From assembly GCA_040005235.1 (NCBI GenBank), contig JBDTZG010000069.1, forward strand, positions 1 to 26,854: DNA of 26,854 nt, read 5' to 3'. Below are positions 18,198 to 26,446 of this stretch, in pieces (position 1 is the first letter of the stretch; each line of letters opens with the position of its first letter). Position numbers and translations under genes: made by a program. The notes under the pieces are model-generated. The model was not told the DNA's origin. It saw nothing but the letters and a program-made list of their open reading frames with translations, and did not search any database. This DNA comes from Acidobacteriota bacterium (lineage in GTDB: Bacteria; Acidobacteriota; Thermoanaerobaculia; Multivoradales; UBA5704).

Positions 18198-19724
18198 CTA
18201 GAACTTGTGGGCGGCGTGCGCGCCGAGGAGGAATTCAAACTGGAGCCAGAGCGAGTGCTCGTCGTGGCGGAAGGCGGCCGAACGGTCGAAGTTGTATTGC
18301 AGGCGGAGCTTGGAGAACTCGGTGGGAAACCAGGTGAGCGCGGGCGACAGCCGCCAGCGGGGGGCGAGAGCGGGATCCGCAAGTTCGCCTTGATCGCCGG
18401 TTACGCGATCCAACCGCAGCCCGAGGACGTGGCCGGATTTGTAGCCCCAGTTGACCTGTAGGTAGCTTCCCCAATCGTCGAACGTCGTCCGGGGCAACGC
18501 TTGATCCGGCGTCGAAGCCAAGGCGTCCACCGTCGCGCTCCGCCGCATCCATTCGCCCTGCACCTTGACGAAGGGAAAGCCGTTGAAGGCATTGGTGGGC
18601 TTCCATTTCCAGTAGCCGTCGATGCCGTAGATCCGCGTCTTCCCGTTGGGTCCCGTGCCGTTGGGACCGAGCGCCGCCGACGCGCCGAGCAGAACGGTCT
18701 GGGTGTCGCTCAAGTCGAACGAGGCGGCGTAGCGCGGCGTGATCAACAGGTCGGAAGAAGTCGCGACGTCGCGCGGCACGATCGGCCTTCCGAACAGCGT
18801 CTCCCCGGGCACGCTGCGAAAACTGGCGAGCGTCTCGCCCTGGCTGTTCTGCACCGCGAGAAACGCCTCGGAGTAGAAACTCGTGGGGAGCAGCCAGGAC
18901 AGCCGGGCTCCCACCGAACGCAACCCGTCGGGTCCGAAGAACCGGCCGTTCACGAGCGGCTGGTCGACGAAATCCCACGAGTGCGGATGGGTCGGGTTGA
19001 GACGGCCGAACTCGGTGAAGAACTGGCCGGCCTTGACCTGCAAGCCATGGGAAAGGGAGGTCGAGGTCAAGTAGACCTCTTCCAGCTCGGCCGTCGTGGC
19101 GCCTTTGTCGTCGATCTGGAAGACGATGTTGGCCTGGCCCCGGAAGTAAGGGTCCACCGCTCCGTCGAAAACGGTCTCGACGTTTTGGACCGTGAAACCG
19201 CGCTGGATCGGGTCGTGGCCGCCGGTCTGGAGCAAGCCGACATCCCGCGCCGTCGAGGTGCCGGCGGCGATCAGGCCGTCGAGAGAGAGATTCAAGAAGT
19301 TCTTGCCGCCCCCTCCCGAAACCAGGGTGATCGGAGCCGGGCTCTGCGGCGAGGTGTCGACCGGGACGGCGCCCGGTGCGACACTGGCGGCGATTTCCGC
19401 CGCAGCCGCGGCGAGGTCTTCCGTGGAGGCCGCTGCTTCGGTCGAGGGCGGCGCGTTTTCGACCTCTGCCAGGCGACGTTCTAGATCGGCGATCCGCCGC
19501 TCGGATTCGGCCTTAATCGCCGCCAACTCGCGGCGCAGGTCGTCGACCGTGGGGGGGGCGGCGGCCGGCGAGTCGGCCGATGGGGAAGCCGGTGGATCGG
19601 TCGCGGCGGACTGCGCGGCCAAGGGGTTGGCGAGCGGCGCGAACAGCGCAGCGCTCGCTGCGAACAGCAATGTCAAATGCGTCCAACGGGATGCACGCCC
19701 GCGGGGCACGGTCTCGGAAATCAT
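18198..19724 (-). CDS. Outer-membrane beta-barrel protein associated with metal uptake (zinc-regulated receptor/porin-like)
   Basis: Signal peptide and coiled coil, then GAVDPYF, ELEEVY, KAGQFFTEFGRLNPTHPHSWDFVDQPL and PTEFSKLRLQY, ending in LGAHAAHKF with a terminal Phe. Confidence 0.85.
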   Translation of the reverse strand: MISETVPRGRASRWTHLTLLFAASAALFAPLANPLAAQSAATDPPASPSADSPAAAPPTVDDLRRELAAIKAESERRIADLERRLAEVENAPPSTEAAASTEDLAAAAAEIAASVAPGAVPVDTSPQSPAPITLVSGGGGKNFLNLSLDGLIAAGTSTARDVGLLQTGGHDPIQRGFTVQNVETVFDGAVDPYFRGQANIVFQIDDKGATTAELEEVYLTSTSLSHGLQVKAGQFFTEFGRLNPTHPHSWDFVDQPLVNGRFFGPDGLRSVGARLSWLLPTSFYSEAFLAVQNSQGETLASFRSVPGETLFGRPIVPRDVATSSDLLITPRYAASFDLSDTQTVLLGASAALGPNGTGPNGKTRIYGIDGYWKWKPTNAFNGFPFVKVQGEWMRRSATVDALASTPDQALPRTTFDDWGSYLQVNWGYKSGHVLGLRLDRVTGDQGELADPALAPRWRLSPALTWFPTEFSKLRLQYNFDRSAAFRHDEHSLWLQFEFLLGAHAAHKF

Positions 19725-19728
19725 AGAG

Positions 19729-19775
19729 GTCCTCCCGAATTCGGGATACGAATCGACTTCAGATGTCGGGAGGAC
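19729..19775 (-). promoter_or_regulatory. SD-sequestering hairpin in the leader of the outer-membrane barrel gene
   Basis: On the mRNA strand GUCCUCCCGA (19775-19766) is the exact complement of UCGGGAGGAC (19738-19729), which contains the SD GGGAGG just upstream of ATG 19724. Confidence 0.7.
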
Positions 19776-19834
19776 GGGCCGCGCAGACGACGCGGACTTT
19801 CAACCCGGGCTTGGGGCTCTGAGAAAGAGAGCGC

Positions 19835-20206
19835 TTAGGCCGCGGGAGGAGCGCGGGACGGCAGAGTGTTGCGGGAAGCCGCGAGCGCCGGGCGGATCGC
19901 CAAGCCAAGTGTCGCGGTCCGGACTTCGAGATGCGGCTGCGGGATCGGAGCCCCGAGCAGTCCGTTGCCGATCTGGCCGCTGAACAGGCAGAAGGCGCAG
20001 GGCTCTTCTTCCGTCTGCGGCGAAGCCTCGACGTGAAGCGGCGCCGTGGGATGGGTCGCCCCCTCGGAGATCAGCGTCCGTTCACCGCCGAACGAAGCCT
20101 GGGCCTGTTGCGCCCGATGGACGTCGAGATTCGGCGCGACCACCAAGACCAACACCGCGGCGAGAGCGGCGGTTCGATGGAGCCAGGCGAGGGCAGAACG
20201 ACGCAT
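19835..20206 (-). CDS. DUF2946/CruR-like upstream ORF with CxxC and a C-terminal RAPP motif (putative metal-sensing arrest peptide)
   Basis: Hydrophobic N-terminal helix, scattered His residues, CAFC at 19999-19988, and RAPP at 19855-19844 two codons before TAA. First gene of a metal-uptake cluster. ATG 20206 preferred over GTG 20224. Confidence 0.8.
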   Translation of the reverse strand: MRRSALAWLHRTAALAAVLVLVVAPNLDVHRAQQAQASFGGERTLISEGATHPTAPLHVEASPQTEEEPCAFCLFSGQIGNGLLGAPIPQPHLEVRTATLGLAIRPALAASRNTLPSRAPPAA

Positions 20207-20214
20207 CGCGGAAG

Positions 20215-20264
20215 ATGATAACACCGAATCAGGAACCGGCCACGCGGCCCCTCGGTGCTACGAT
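20215..20264. promoter_or_regulatory. Back-to-back extended -10 promoter candidates
   Basis: Minus strand TGtTATCAT (20223-20215), 8 nt before ATG 20206. Plus strand TGcTACGAT (20256-20264), upstream of RBS GAGGAG and GTG 20288. Confidence 0.55.
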
Positions 20265-20287
20265 TCCCACCCTGCCGAGGAGCCTTG

Positions 20288-22114
20288 GTGCCCGAATCCG
20301 TCCCTTCCGCCCATCCGCCCCTGCTGCTCGAAGCGGAACGCCCGATGGCGCGCCTGTTCGCCTATCTGGCGCCCTATCGCACCCGCCTCTCACTCGGCGT
20401 CTCGTCTTCGGTGCTCAACAAAATCCTCGATCTAATGCCGCCCCTGTTGGTCGGCTGGGTGATCGATTCGCTTCGCGGCCAGCCTCCGGGCTGGATCGCT
20501 CGCCTCGCCGGCACGTCGGATGCGTGGAGACTCGCGGTGGTGCTCGCCGCGCTCTCGGTCGCGATCTTCTTTTTCGAGAGTCTGTTCCAATGGGGGTACC
20601 AGCACTACTTCATGACGCTCGCCCAAGAGGTCCAGCACGACTTGCGGCTCGACGCTTACGAACGCATCCAGCGGCGCGAGATCGCGTTCTTCGAAGAGCA
20701 CCGCCTGGGCGAAACGCTCGCGATGCTCAACGACGACGTGAACCAGCTCGAACGCTTCCTGAACAACGGCGCGAACGAGCTGATCCAAACCGTAGTTCTT
20801 TTCATCTTCTCGGGCATCGTGCTGTTCGACACCTCGTGGCGCCTGGCGTTCATCGCGATGGCGCCGATCCCGTTGATCCTCTGGGGAAGCCTGGCCTACC
20901 AGCGCCGGATCGCGCCGCGCTATCGGAGAGTGCGCGAGGCGGTGGGTAGCCTGTCGAGCCGGCTTGAAAACAACATCGGCGGCATCCTGGTCATCCAGAG
21001 TTTCGGCGCCGAGGCATTCGAGCTCGATCGGGTGCGCGCCGCGTCGGCCGAATATCGGGAGGCGAATTTCCGCGCGATCCGGCACTCCGCGATCTTCGTT
21101 CCAGTGATCCGCATGGCGATCGTGCTCGGCTTCGCCGGAGTACTCCTGGTCGGCAGCCATTGGATTCTCGAACACCGCAGCTGGATCACGGTCGGTCAAT
21201 TGGTGCTGTTCGCGATGATGACCGAACGACTGCTTTGGCCGCTGGTGCGCCTAGGCCAGGTGCTCGACGAATACGAGCGAGCGCGGGCCTCGGCGCGGCG
21301 AACCTTCGGGCTGCTCGACACCCCCTCGAAGATCGTCGAGCCGACCGTGCCCGTTCACATCGAGCGCGCCCGCGGCGAGCTGGAGCTTGCCGACGTCGAG
21401 TTCACCTACAAGCGCGGCGACCGGATTCTCGACCGGTTGAGTTTCCACATCGCCCCCGGCGAGACGATCGGCATCGCGGGTCCCACCGGAGCGGGAAAAT
21501 CGACCTTGATCAAGCTGCTGCTCCGCCTATATGACCCCACCGGAGGCGTGGTGAAGCTCGACGGCCACGATCTGCGCGATCTCTCGCTCGAAGACCTGCG
21601 TCGCTCGATCGCCCTGGTCTCCCAGGACGTCTATCTTTTCCACGGCACGTTGCGCGAAAACATAGCCTACCGCGCCGTGGGCGTGCCGTTCGAAAAAATC
21701 GTCGAGGCGGCGAAATACGCCGAGCTGCACGATTTCATCGTCGGCCTCCCCGAAGGCTACGACACCCTGGTCGGCGAGCGAGGCATCAAGCTCTCCGGCG
21801 GCCAACGCCAGCGCCTGTCGATCGCCCGTGCGATCTTAAAAGACGCGCCGATCCTGATCCTCGACGAAGCGACCAGCTCGGTCGATACCGAAACCGAGCG
21901 AGCGATCCAAGAAAACCTCCGTCGTTGGACCGCGGGCCGAACCGCCCTGATCATCGCCCACCGCCTCTCGACCATCCGCAACGCCGACCGAATCCTGGTC
22001 CTGCGCGACGGCCGGCTCGCCGAGGAAGGCACCCACGAGGCTCTGATCGCCAAAGGCGGTACGTACGCCGACTTGTGGCACGTGCAGTCGGGGGAGTTGG
22101 TGGAGGCCGGGTAG
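20288..22114 (+). CDS. ABC exporter, fused permease/ATP-binding protein (MsbA/MdlB-like)
   Basis: Multi-TM N-terminal domain, Walker A GPTGAGKST, Q-loop VSQD, signature LSGGQRQR, Walker B ILILDEATS and H-loop IAHRLST. Start placed at GTG 20288 after GAGGAG. Confidence 0.95.
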   Translation: MPESVPSAHPPLLLEAERPMARLFAYLAPYRTRLSLGVSSSVLNKILDLMPPLLVGWVIDSLRGQPPGWIARLAGTSDAWRLAVVLAALSVAIFFFESLFQWGYQHYFMTLAQEVQHDLRLDAYERIQRREIAFFEEHRLGETLAMLNDDVNQLERFLNNGANELIQTVVLFIFSGIVLFDTSWRLAFIAMAPIPLILWGSLAYQRRIAPRYRRVREAVGSLSSRLENNIGGILVIQSFGAEAFELDRVRAASAEYREANFRAIRHSAIFVPVIRMAIVLGFAGVLLVGSHWILEHRSWITVGQLVLFAMMTERLLWPLVRLGQVLDEYERARASARRTFGLLDTPSKIVEPTVPVHIERARGELELADVEFTYKRGDRILDRLSFHIAPGETIGIAGPTGAGKSTLIKLLLRLYDPTGGVVKLDGHDLRDLSLEDLRRSIALVSQDVYLFHGTLRENIAYRAVGVPFEKIVEAAKYAELHDFIVGLPEGYDTLVGERGIKLSGGQRQRLSIARAILKDAPILILDEATSSVDTETERAIQENLRRWTAGRTALIIAHRLSTIRNADRILVLRDGRLAEEGTHEALIAKGGTYADLWHVQSGELVEAG

Positions 22115-22132
22115 AGGGACCCAGCCCTTCCG

Positions 22133-22227
22133 CGGCCTGAAAGGCCGGGAGAACCGAGCCCAGGGCTGAGGCCGAAGGCCGATGCCCTGGGTTCCCCCGC
22201 CCCACGGAAAGGCGGCCTGAAAGATCG
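22133..22227. repeat. REP-like composite palindromic element
   Basis: cggcctgaaaggccg (22133-22147), an 8-bp stem cccagggc...gccctggg (22159-22191) enclosing ggccgaaggcc, and a second degenerate cggcctgaaag at 22213. Confidence 0.7.
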
Positions 22228-22298
22228 CTAGAAACCGGCAATCCCCAGCGATCGCGTAAGATCTCGGGCGACACCCCTTGAAGCCGATGAGGAGCCTC

Positions 22299-22745
22299 AT
22301 GCCGCCGTGCAAGGTTTTCGTGAGCTACAGCCACCTCCAGGAGGACTGGGTGGTCGATCGCTTGGTCCCGGTGCTCCGCGCGGGTGGGGCCGAGGTGTTG
22401 ATCGATCGCGAGGTCTTCGGAGCCGGGCGAAGCCTGATTGGGCAGATGGACGCGACGCAGGACCAGGCCGATGTACACCTGCTCGTGCTTTCCCCCGACT
22501 ACCTCGCGAGCCCGATGTGCCGGCACGAGATGGACCGGGCAATCGCTCTCGATCCGAAGTTTGAGCGCGGAGTGGTGGTACCCGTCCTCCGCGTCGCGAC
22601 GCCGCTTCCGGTTTCGATCTCCGGACCGAACCCTCTTTATGCCGATCTTGCGGATGACGGGAACGTGTCCGCTTGGGATCTCGTCCTCAAGGGAGTGGGC
22701 GCCGATCGTCCAGTCGCGCCGACCGTTTGTGACTCTGTTGCCTGA
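22299..22745 (+). CDS. TIR domain protein (TIR_2-like), probably truncated by a frameshifting lesion near 22707
   Basis: KVFVSYSH, DWV..RLVP.L...G.EVLID, LLVLSPDYLASPMCRHE (conserved Glu) and VVVPVLR. ATG 22299 follows GAGGAG. Confidence 0.88.
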   Translation: MPPCKVFVSYSHLQEDWVVDRLVPVLRAGGAEVLIDREVFGAGRSLIGQMDATQDQADVHLLVLSPDYLASPMCRHEMDRAIALDPKFERGVVVPVLRVATPLPVSISGPNPLYADLADDGNVSAWDLVLKGVGADRPVAPTVCDSVA

Positions 22746-22803
22746 CGGGCATCCGCTGTCGGAGATCGGGATTCTCACCGTCGAGTTGCGAGGAAAACGG
22801 TGA
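22708..22803 (+). pseudogene. Out-of-frame C-terminal remnant of the TIR gene
   Basis: The +1 frame reads VQSRRPFVTLLPDGHPLSEIGILTVELRGKR-stop, and its TGA overlaps the next gene's GTG (GTGA at 22800-22803). Confidence 0.6.
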
Positions 22804-25043
22804 GCGCGGATCTGCTACCGCTCGATCAGATTCGGCTGAATTGGGCGGGCCATCGGGCGGCGCTGCGGTGGATTGGACTTTTCTATCGGCGTCCGAAAAC
22901 GGTCGAAGAAGCTGAGAGGAAAGCGAGCTGGGGCCGATCGCGCAGACTAGCAATCTACTCTCGGCTTCACTTCCATCTCATGCCTTATTTAGTTTTCTTA
23001 AGTGTTGCCGCACATCTAGTTCATCCCGGGAGTTCATGGCTGGACCGGCGATTCTTCGCCGAACTTGCTGCAGGTCTAGCAATAGGCTTCATCGCAGGCC
23101 TTGTAGGGGGATTAACGCTCAACCTCGCTCATTGCTTTACGCTTGATTTGAGTTTAAGTCTCGCGATCTGTCTGGCTGGAGGCCTTGACCAAGGCGTCGT
23201 GGGGAGCCTTGCGGGAGGTATTGGATTGGGTATAGCCGTTGGTCTCTCTTTAACGCTTTCGGCGGCAGGTCTAGCGGATGGCTTCAACGTTGGCTTAGGT
23301 CTTGTTTTGGCAACAGCCTTCGCTCTTCCCGCTGAGTCACCACTCTTTGGCTTTTGTCGAGCAGAAGCCTTCCTCAGTGCATACTTTCGTCTATTTTACA
23401 TGCCAGTCCATGCCTTCGTATGGCTTTGCCGATCAAGCCGTCCGGAACTCTATCGATTCCATCCAGTCGCCTGGGATGATGCCTGCCTCCTTCCTTTTCC
23501 CGGCCTAGACCGTCTCCTAGTAGGTTATGCAGAGCGCTTTCCTACAGAGGGCATTCGCGAAATCGACCGGCTGATCGACACCTACCCAAGCCAGCGGAGT
23601 GCGGCGCTTCGTGCGCGGGCGATTCTCCTCGCCCGAGAGGCTTCCGGCACCGCGGACCTGGCGCGGCTCGACGACACCCTGGCCGGCCTCCCCGAGGGGA
23701 AGAGAGGATTCCTTCAGGATACCCCCGAGCTACGCCGCCGAGCTCACGAGATCTGTACCCTTCAAGCGCGGATCGATACGCTCGATCGGCCGTTCTTGCG
23801 CGAGCCGTTCGCGGCGCTCCTGGTCAAGGAGATTGAAAGCTTCGAGGGGCGGATCGCCGGCTTTCGGCCGCCGCTTTCGACGGAATTTCGCAAGGCGGCG
23901 CGGAAGTGGCTGGAGATCGCGCGGAAGCAGCACGAGGTGGCGCGGGCAGCGATCGCGCGAGAACCGACGCGGCAGGTGTTTCGGGCCGGCGCTCCGGTCG
24001 ATCGAGAGAAGGAGGCGTTCGTCGAGCGCGCAAGTATCCTGGGCGAACTGGAGCGGCAGGTGATGCTCGCCTCCGGGTGCCCGGTGCTTCTGGTCTACGG
24101 TCGTCGCCGGGTGGGCAAGTCGAGCCTGCTCAAGAACCTTGAGGGATTCCTTCCGCCCAGGGTGTCGATCGCGAGCCTCTCGATGCAGAAGGCTGAGGCA
24201 TTCACAAGCCTGGGCTCCTTGATCGACCTGATCGCCGAGCAGATCTCAGGCCGGCTACCGGGGATCGAGAAGTCCGCTTCCCAAACTCCTGACCTTCGCG
24301 ACCTCGCGCGGCTGCTCCACGTGACCGAGGCGCGGCTCGAAGCGGAAGGCCTGCGGCTCCTCCTCGCAATCGACGAATTCGAGAACCTAGACCGGAAGAT
24401 CGGCGAAGGGGTGTTCTCCGAAGACCTTCTCGCCGTCCTGCGCGAGTCGATGCAGAACCATCGCCACCTGATCTGGACGCTCGCAGGCAGCCACCGGATC
24501 GACGAGCTGACCCACGCGCCGTGGGCCTCGTACCTGGTGAGCGCGCGAACCGTCGAGGTGCCACCTTTCGAACCGGCCGAAACCCGCCTGCTGCTCACCG
24601 AGCCGCTCAAGCATTCGAGCCTCTGGCGTGCCGCGGGGTCCGAGGCACCACGCTTCGAGCCGGGATTTTGGGGGACGGGCGGGATCGAGCGCATCCACGA
24701 GGAGACGGGAGGCTGGCCGCACCTCGTGCAGCTCGTCGCCGAGCGGGTGGTCGATCTGGTGAACGATGGCGGAGTAAACGGCGCCGACGAGCGCCTATTG
24801 GATCGAGCGCTCGACCGCGCGGTGGAGAACGGCTATAGCGTGTTCTACGAGCTGATTGAACGGGAATCGGCGCTCCCCGGCGAGCTTGGCTACCTGCGCC
24901 GCTTCGCGCGCGAGGAAACGCTGCCCATTCCCGAAGACGACGCCGTCGACCGCTCCCTACGTCGACGTCTCCTCGTCGTGCCCGAGGGGAACCGCTATCG
25001 CCTTCGCGCGCCGATCATGGCGAGGTGGCTGCGGCGGGCTTGA
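22800..25043 (+). CDS. Membrane-anchored STAND-like/AAA ATPase with a Gly-rich multi-TM N-terminal region
   Basis: Hydrophobic GLAIG/GLVGG/GIGLG segments at aa ~60-210, a helical middle region, Walker A YGRRRVGKSS, Walker B LLLAIDEFE, and STAND-type TGGWPHLVQ (GxP). RBS GAGG. Confidence 0.88.
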   Translation: MSADLLPLDQIRLNWAGHRAALRWIGLFYRRPKTVEEAERKASWGRSRRLAIYSRLHFHLMPYLVFLSVAAHLVHPGSSWLDRRFFAELAAGLAIGFIAGLVGGLTLNLAHCFTLDLSLSLAICLAGGLDQGVVGSLAGGIGLGIAVGLSLTLSAAGLADGFNVGLGLVLATAFALPAESPLFGFCRAEAFLSAYFRLFYMPVHAFVWLCRSSRPELYRFHPVAWDDACLLPFPGLDRLLVGYAERFPTEGIREIDRLIDTYPSQRSAALRARAILLAREASGTADLARLDDTLAGLPEGKRGFLQDTPELRRRAHEICTLQARIDTLDRPFLREPFAALLVKEIESFEGRIAGFRPPLSTEFRKAARKWLEIARKQHEVARAAIAREPTRQVFRAGAPVDREKEAFVERASILGELERQVMLASGCPVLLVYGRRRVGKSSLLKNLEGFLPPRVSIASLSMQKAEAFTSLGSLIDLIAEQISGRLPGIEKSASQTPDLRDLARLLHVTEARLEAEGLRLLLAIDEFENLDRKIGEGVFSEDLLAVLRESMQNHRHLIWTLAGSHRIDELTHAPWASYLVSARTVEVPPFEPAETRLLLTEPLKHSSLWRAAGSEAPRFEPGFWGTGGIERIHEETGGWPHLVQLVAERVVDLVNDGGVNGADERLLDRALDRAVENGYSVFYELIERESALPGELGYLRRFAREETLPIPEDDAVDRSLRRRLLVVPEGNRYRLRAPIMARWLRRA

Positions 25044-25064
25044 CAGCTCCGCGCTTCGGTTCAC

Positions 25065-25083
25065 GGATCCGGTCTCCGGATCC
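25065..25083. other. Short inverted repeat between convergent genes (possible terminator or 3'-end stem)
   Basis: ggatccgg-tct-ccggatcc; no clear U-tract on either strand. Confidence 0.35.
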
Positions 25084-25180
25084 AGCGGGGAGGTGTTCGG
25101 GTCCGAAAAGGGGAGCCGGAACGGAAAAACGGTGGTGACGGCGGGGAAAACACCGGCGACGAACGGGGCTGGACCTGGGG

Positions 25181-26446
25181 CTAACGGGAAGGTCGGGCCG
25201 GCGATTCCATTTCCCACAAAGAGCGGATCGGCACAGCGTAAAGATCATCGCCGAACCCAGCGCTCACTTCGCCATCGTAGAGCACGACGCCCGCCGCAAA
25301 TCGGTCGTCGGTTGCCTCCTTGAGTTTGCGTAAGCCGCGGAAATCCGAGGCGGTCACCGTTCCGGACGCCTTGACCTCAATACCCGCCACTCGCGTGCCG
25401 CGTTCGAGCACGATGTCCACCTCTGCCCCGTCCTTGTCGCGGAAGTGATAGAGCGCGGTGGGTTCTACGTCCCAACTGGCCTGGCGCCGCAGCTCCTGGA
25501 GAACGAAAGTTTCGAGCAGCGCTCCCAGAGACATACGATCCTTGGCCAGATCTGCTGCATTCAGGCCAAGCAAAGACGCGGCGAGACCGGTATCGCCGAC
25601 ATGCACCTTGGGCGTCTTGACCAGACGGCTCAGGCGGTTGCTGTGCCAAGGCGGAAGTCGCTCCAGCAGGAAGACCCGCTCGAGCAGCGTGACGTAGTCT
25701 GCGATGGTCGGCCGGCTCAATTGGAACGGGGCCGCCAAGTCGGTCACGTTAAGGAGCTTGGCGGTCTGGCCGGCGACCAGCTTGAGCAACCGAGGCAGCA
25801 CGTCGAGTGAAGTGATCCGCGCCAGATCCTGCACATCTCGCTGAATCAGGCTATCCAAATAGTCGCGGTACCAAATCGCCCGCCTGTGCGCCGAGGGGCG
25901 TGCCAACGCCGCCGGGTACCCTCCAGCGACGATCCGTTCAATCAGCTCCGTCCCGAGGCGCTCGCTGCTTTGGACCTTAAAGGACGCGCCAAAGAGGGTC
26001 GCGAGGAAGCCCGGCTCCTTGCGGCCGATCTCGCACTGGGCGAGCGGATAGAGTCGGTGGATCTCCATTCGCCCGGCCAGGGAATCCGCGAGCTTGGGAA
26101 CCAGCAATACGTTGGCTGAGCCGGTGAGAATGAAACGGCCGGGAGTGCGATCCCGGTCCACCGCCATCTTGATCGCCGTAAACAAGCCTGGCACCCTTTG
26201 AACTTCGTCCAGGATCGTTCGGGGCGGCAAAGCGGCCACAAACCCCGCGGGATCGGTTTGCGCCGCCGAGAGGGTCACCGCGTCGTCGAAACTGAGATAG
26301 CCGAAACCCTCCGCATCCCCCACTTCCTGAGCTAACGTCGTCTTGCCACACTGCCGCGGACCGTGGATTAGAACCACGGGCGTATCGGCTAGGCCCTCCA
26401 GTAGCCGGGGAAGCGCAAATCGTGGGTATTTCTGCTCGTCGGCCAT
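25181..26446 (-). CDS. AAA_14 ATPase with a C-terminal DUF4143 / PD-(D/E)xK nuclease-like domain
   Basis: VLIHGPRQCGKTT, ILDEVQRVP, FILTGSA, DSLAGR, GGYP, LVKTPKVHVGDTGL, LLETFV..EL, and HFRDKDGAEVDIVLE...GIEVK. ATG 26446 preferred over TTG 26455. Confidence 0.94.
   Translation of the reverse strand: MADEQKYPRFALPRLLEGLADTPVVLIHGPRQCGKTTLAQEVGDAEGFGYLSFDDAVTLSAAQTDPAGFVAALPPRTILDEVQRVPGLFTAIKMAVDRDRTPGRFILTGSANVLLVPKLADSLAGRMEIHRLYPLAQCEIGRKEPGFLATLFGASFKVQSSERLGTELIERIVAGGYPAALARPSAHRRAIWYRDYLDSLIQRDVQDLARITSLDVLPRLLKLVAGQTAKLLNVTDLAAPFQLSRPTIADYVTLLERVFLLERLPPWHSNRLSRLVKTPKVHVGDTGLAASLLGLNAADLAKDRMSLGALLETFVLQELRRQASWDVEPTALYHFRDKDGAEVDIVLERGTRVAGIEVKASGTVTASDFRGLRKLKEATDDRFAAGVVLYDGEVSAGFGDDLYAVPIRSLWEMESPARPSR

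Noticed and set aside
20288-22114. ABC exporter as the missing ATPase of the metal importer
   Set aside because: It is a fused TMD-NBD MsbA-type exporter, structurally unrelated to the free ZnuC-type subunit that importers use.
22299-25043. Calling the TIR locus Thoeris, Avs or CBASS
   Set aside because: No ThsA (SIR2/Macro/SLOG), no cyclase and no C-terminal TPR sensor; the architecture does not match.
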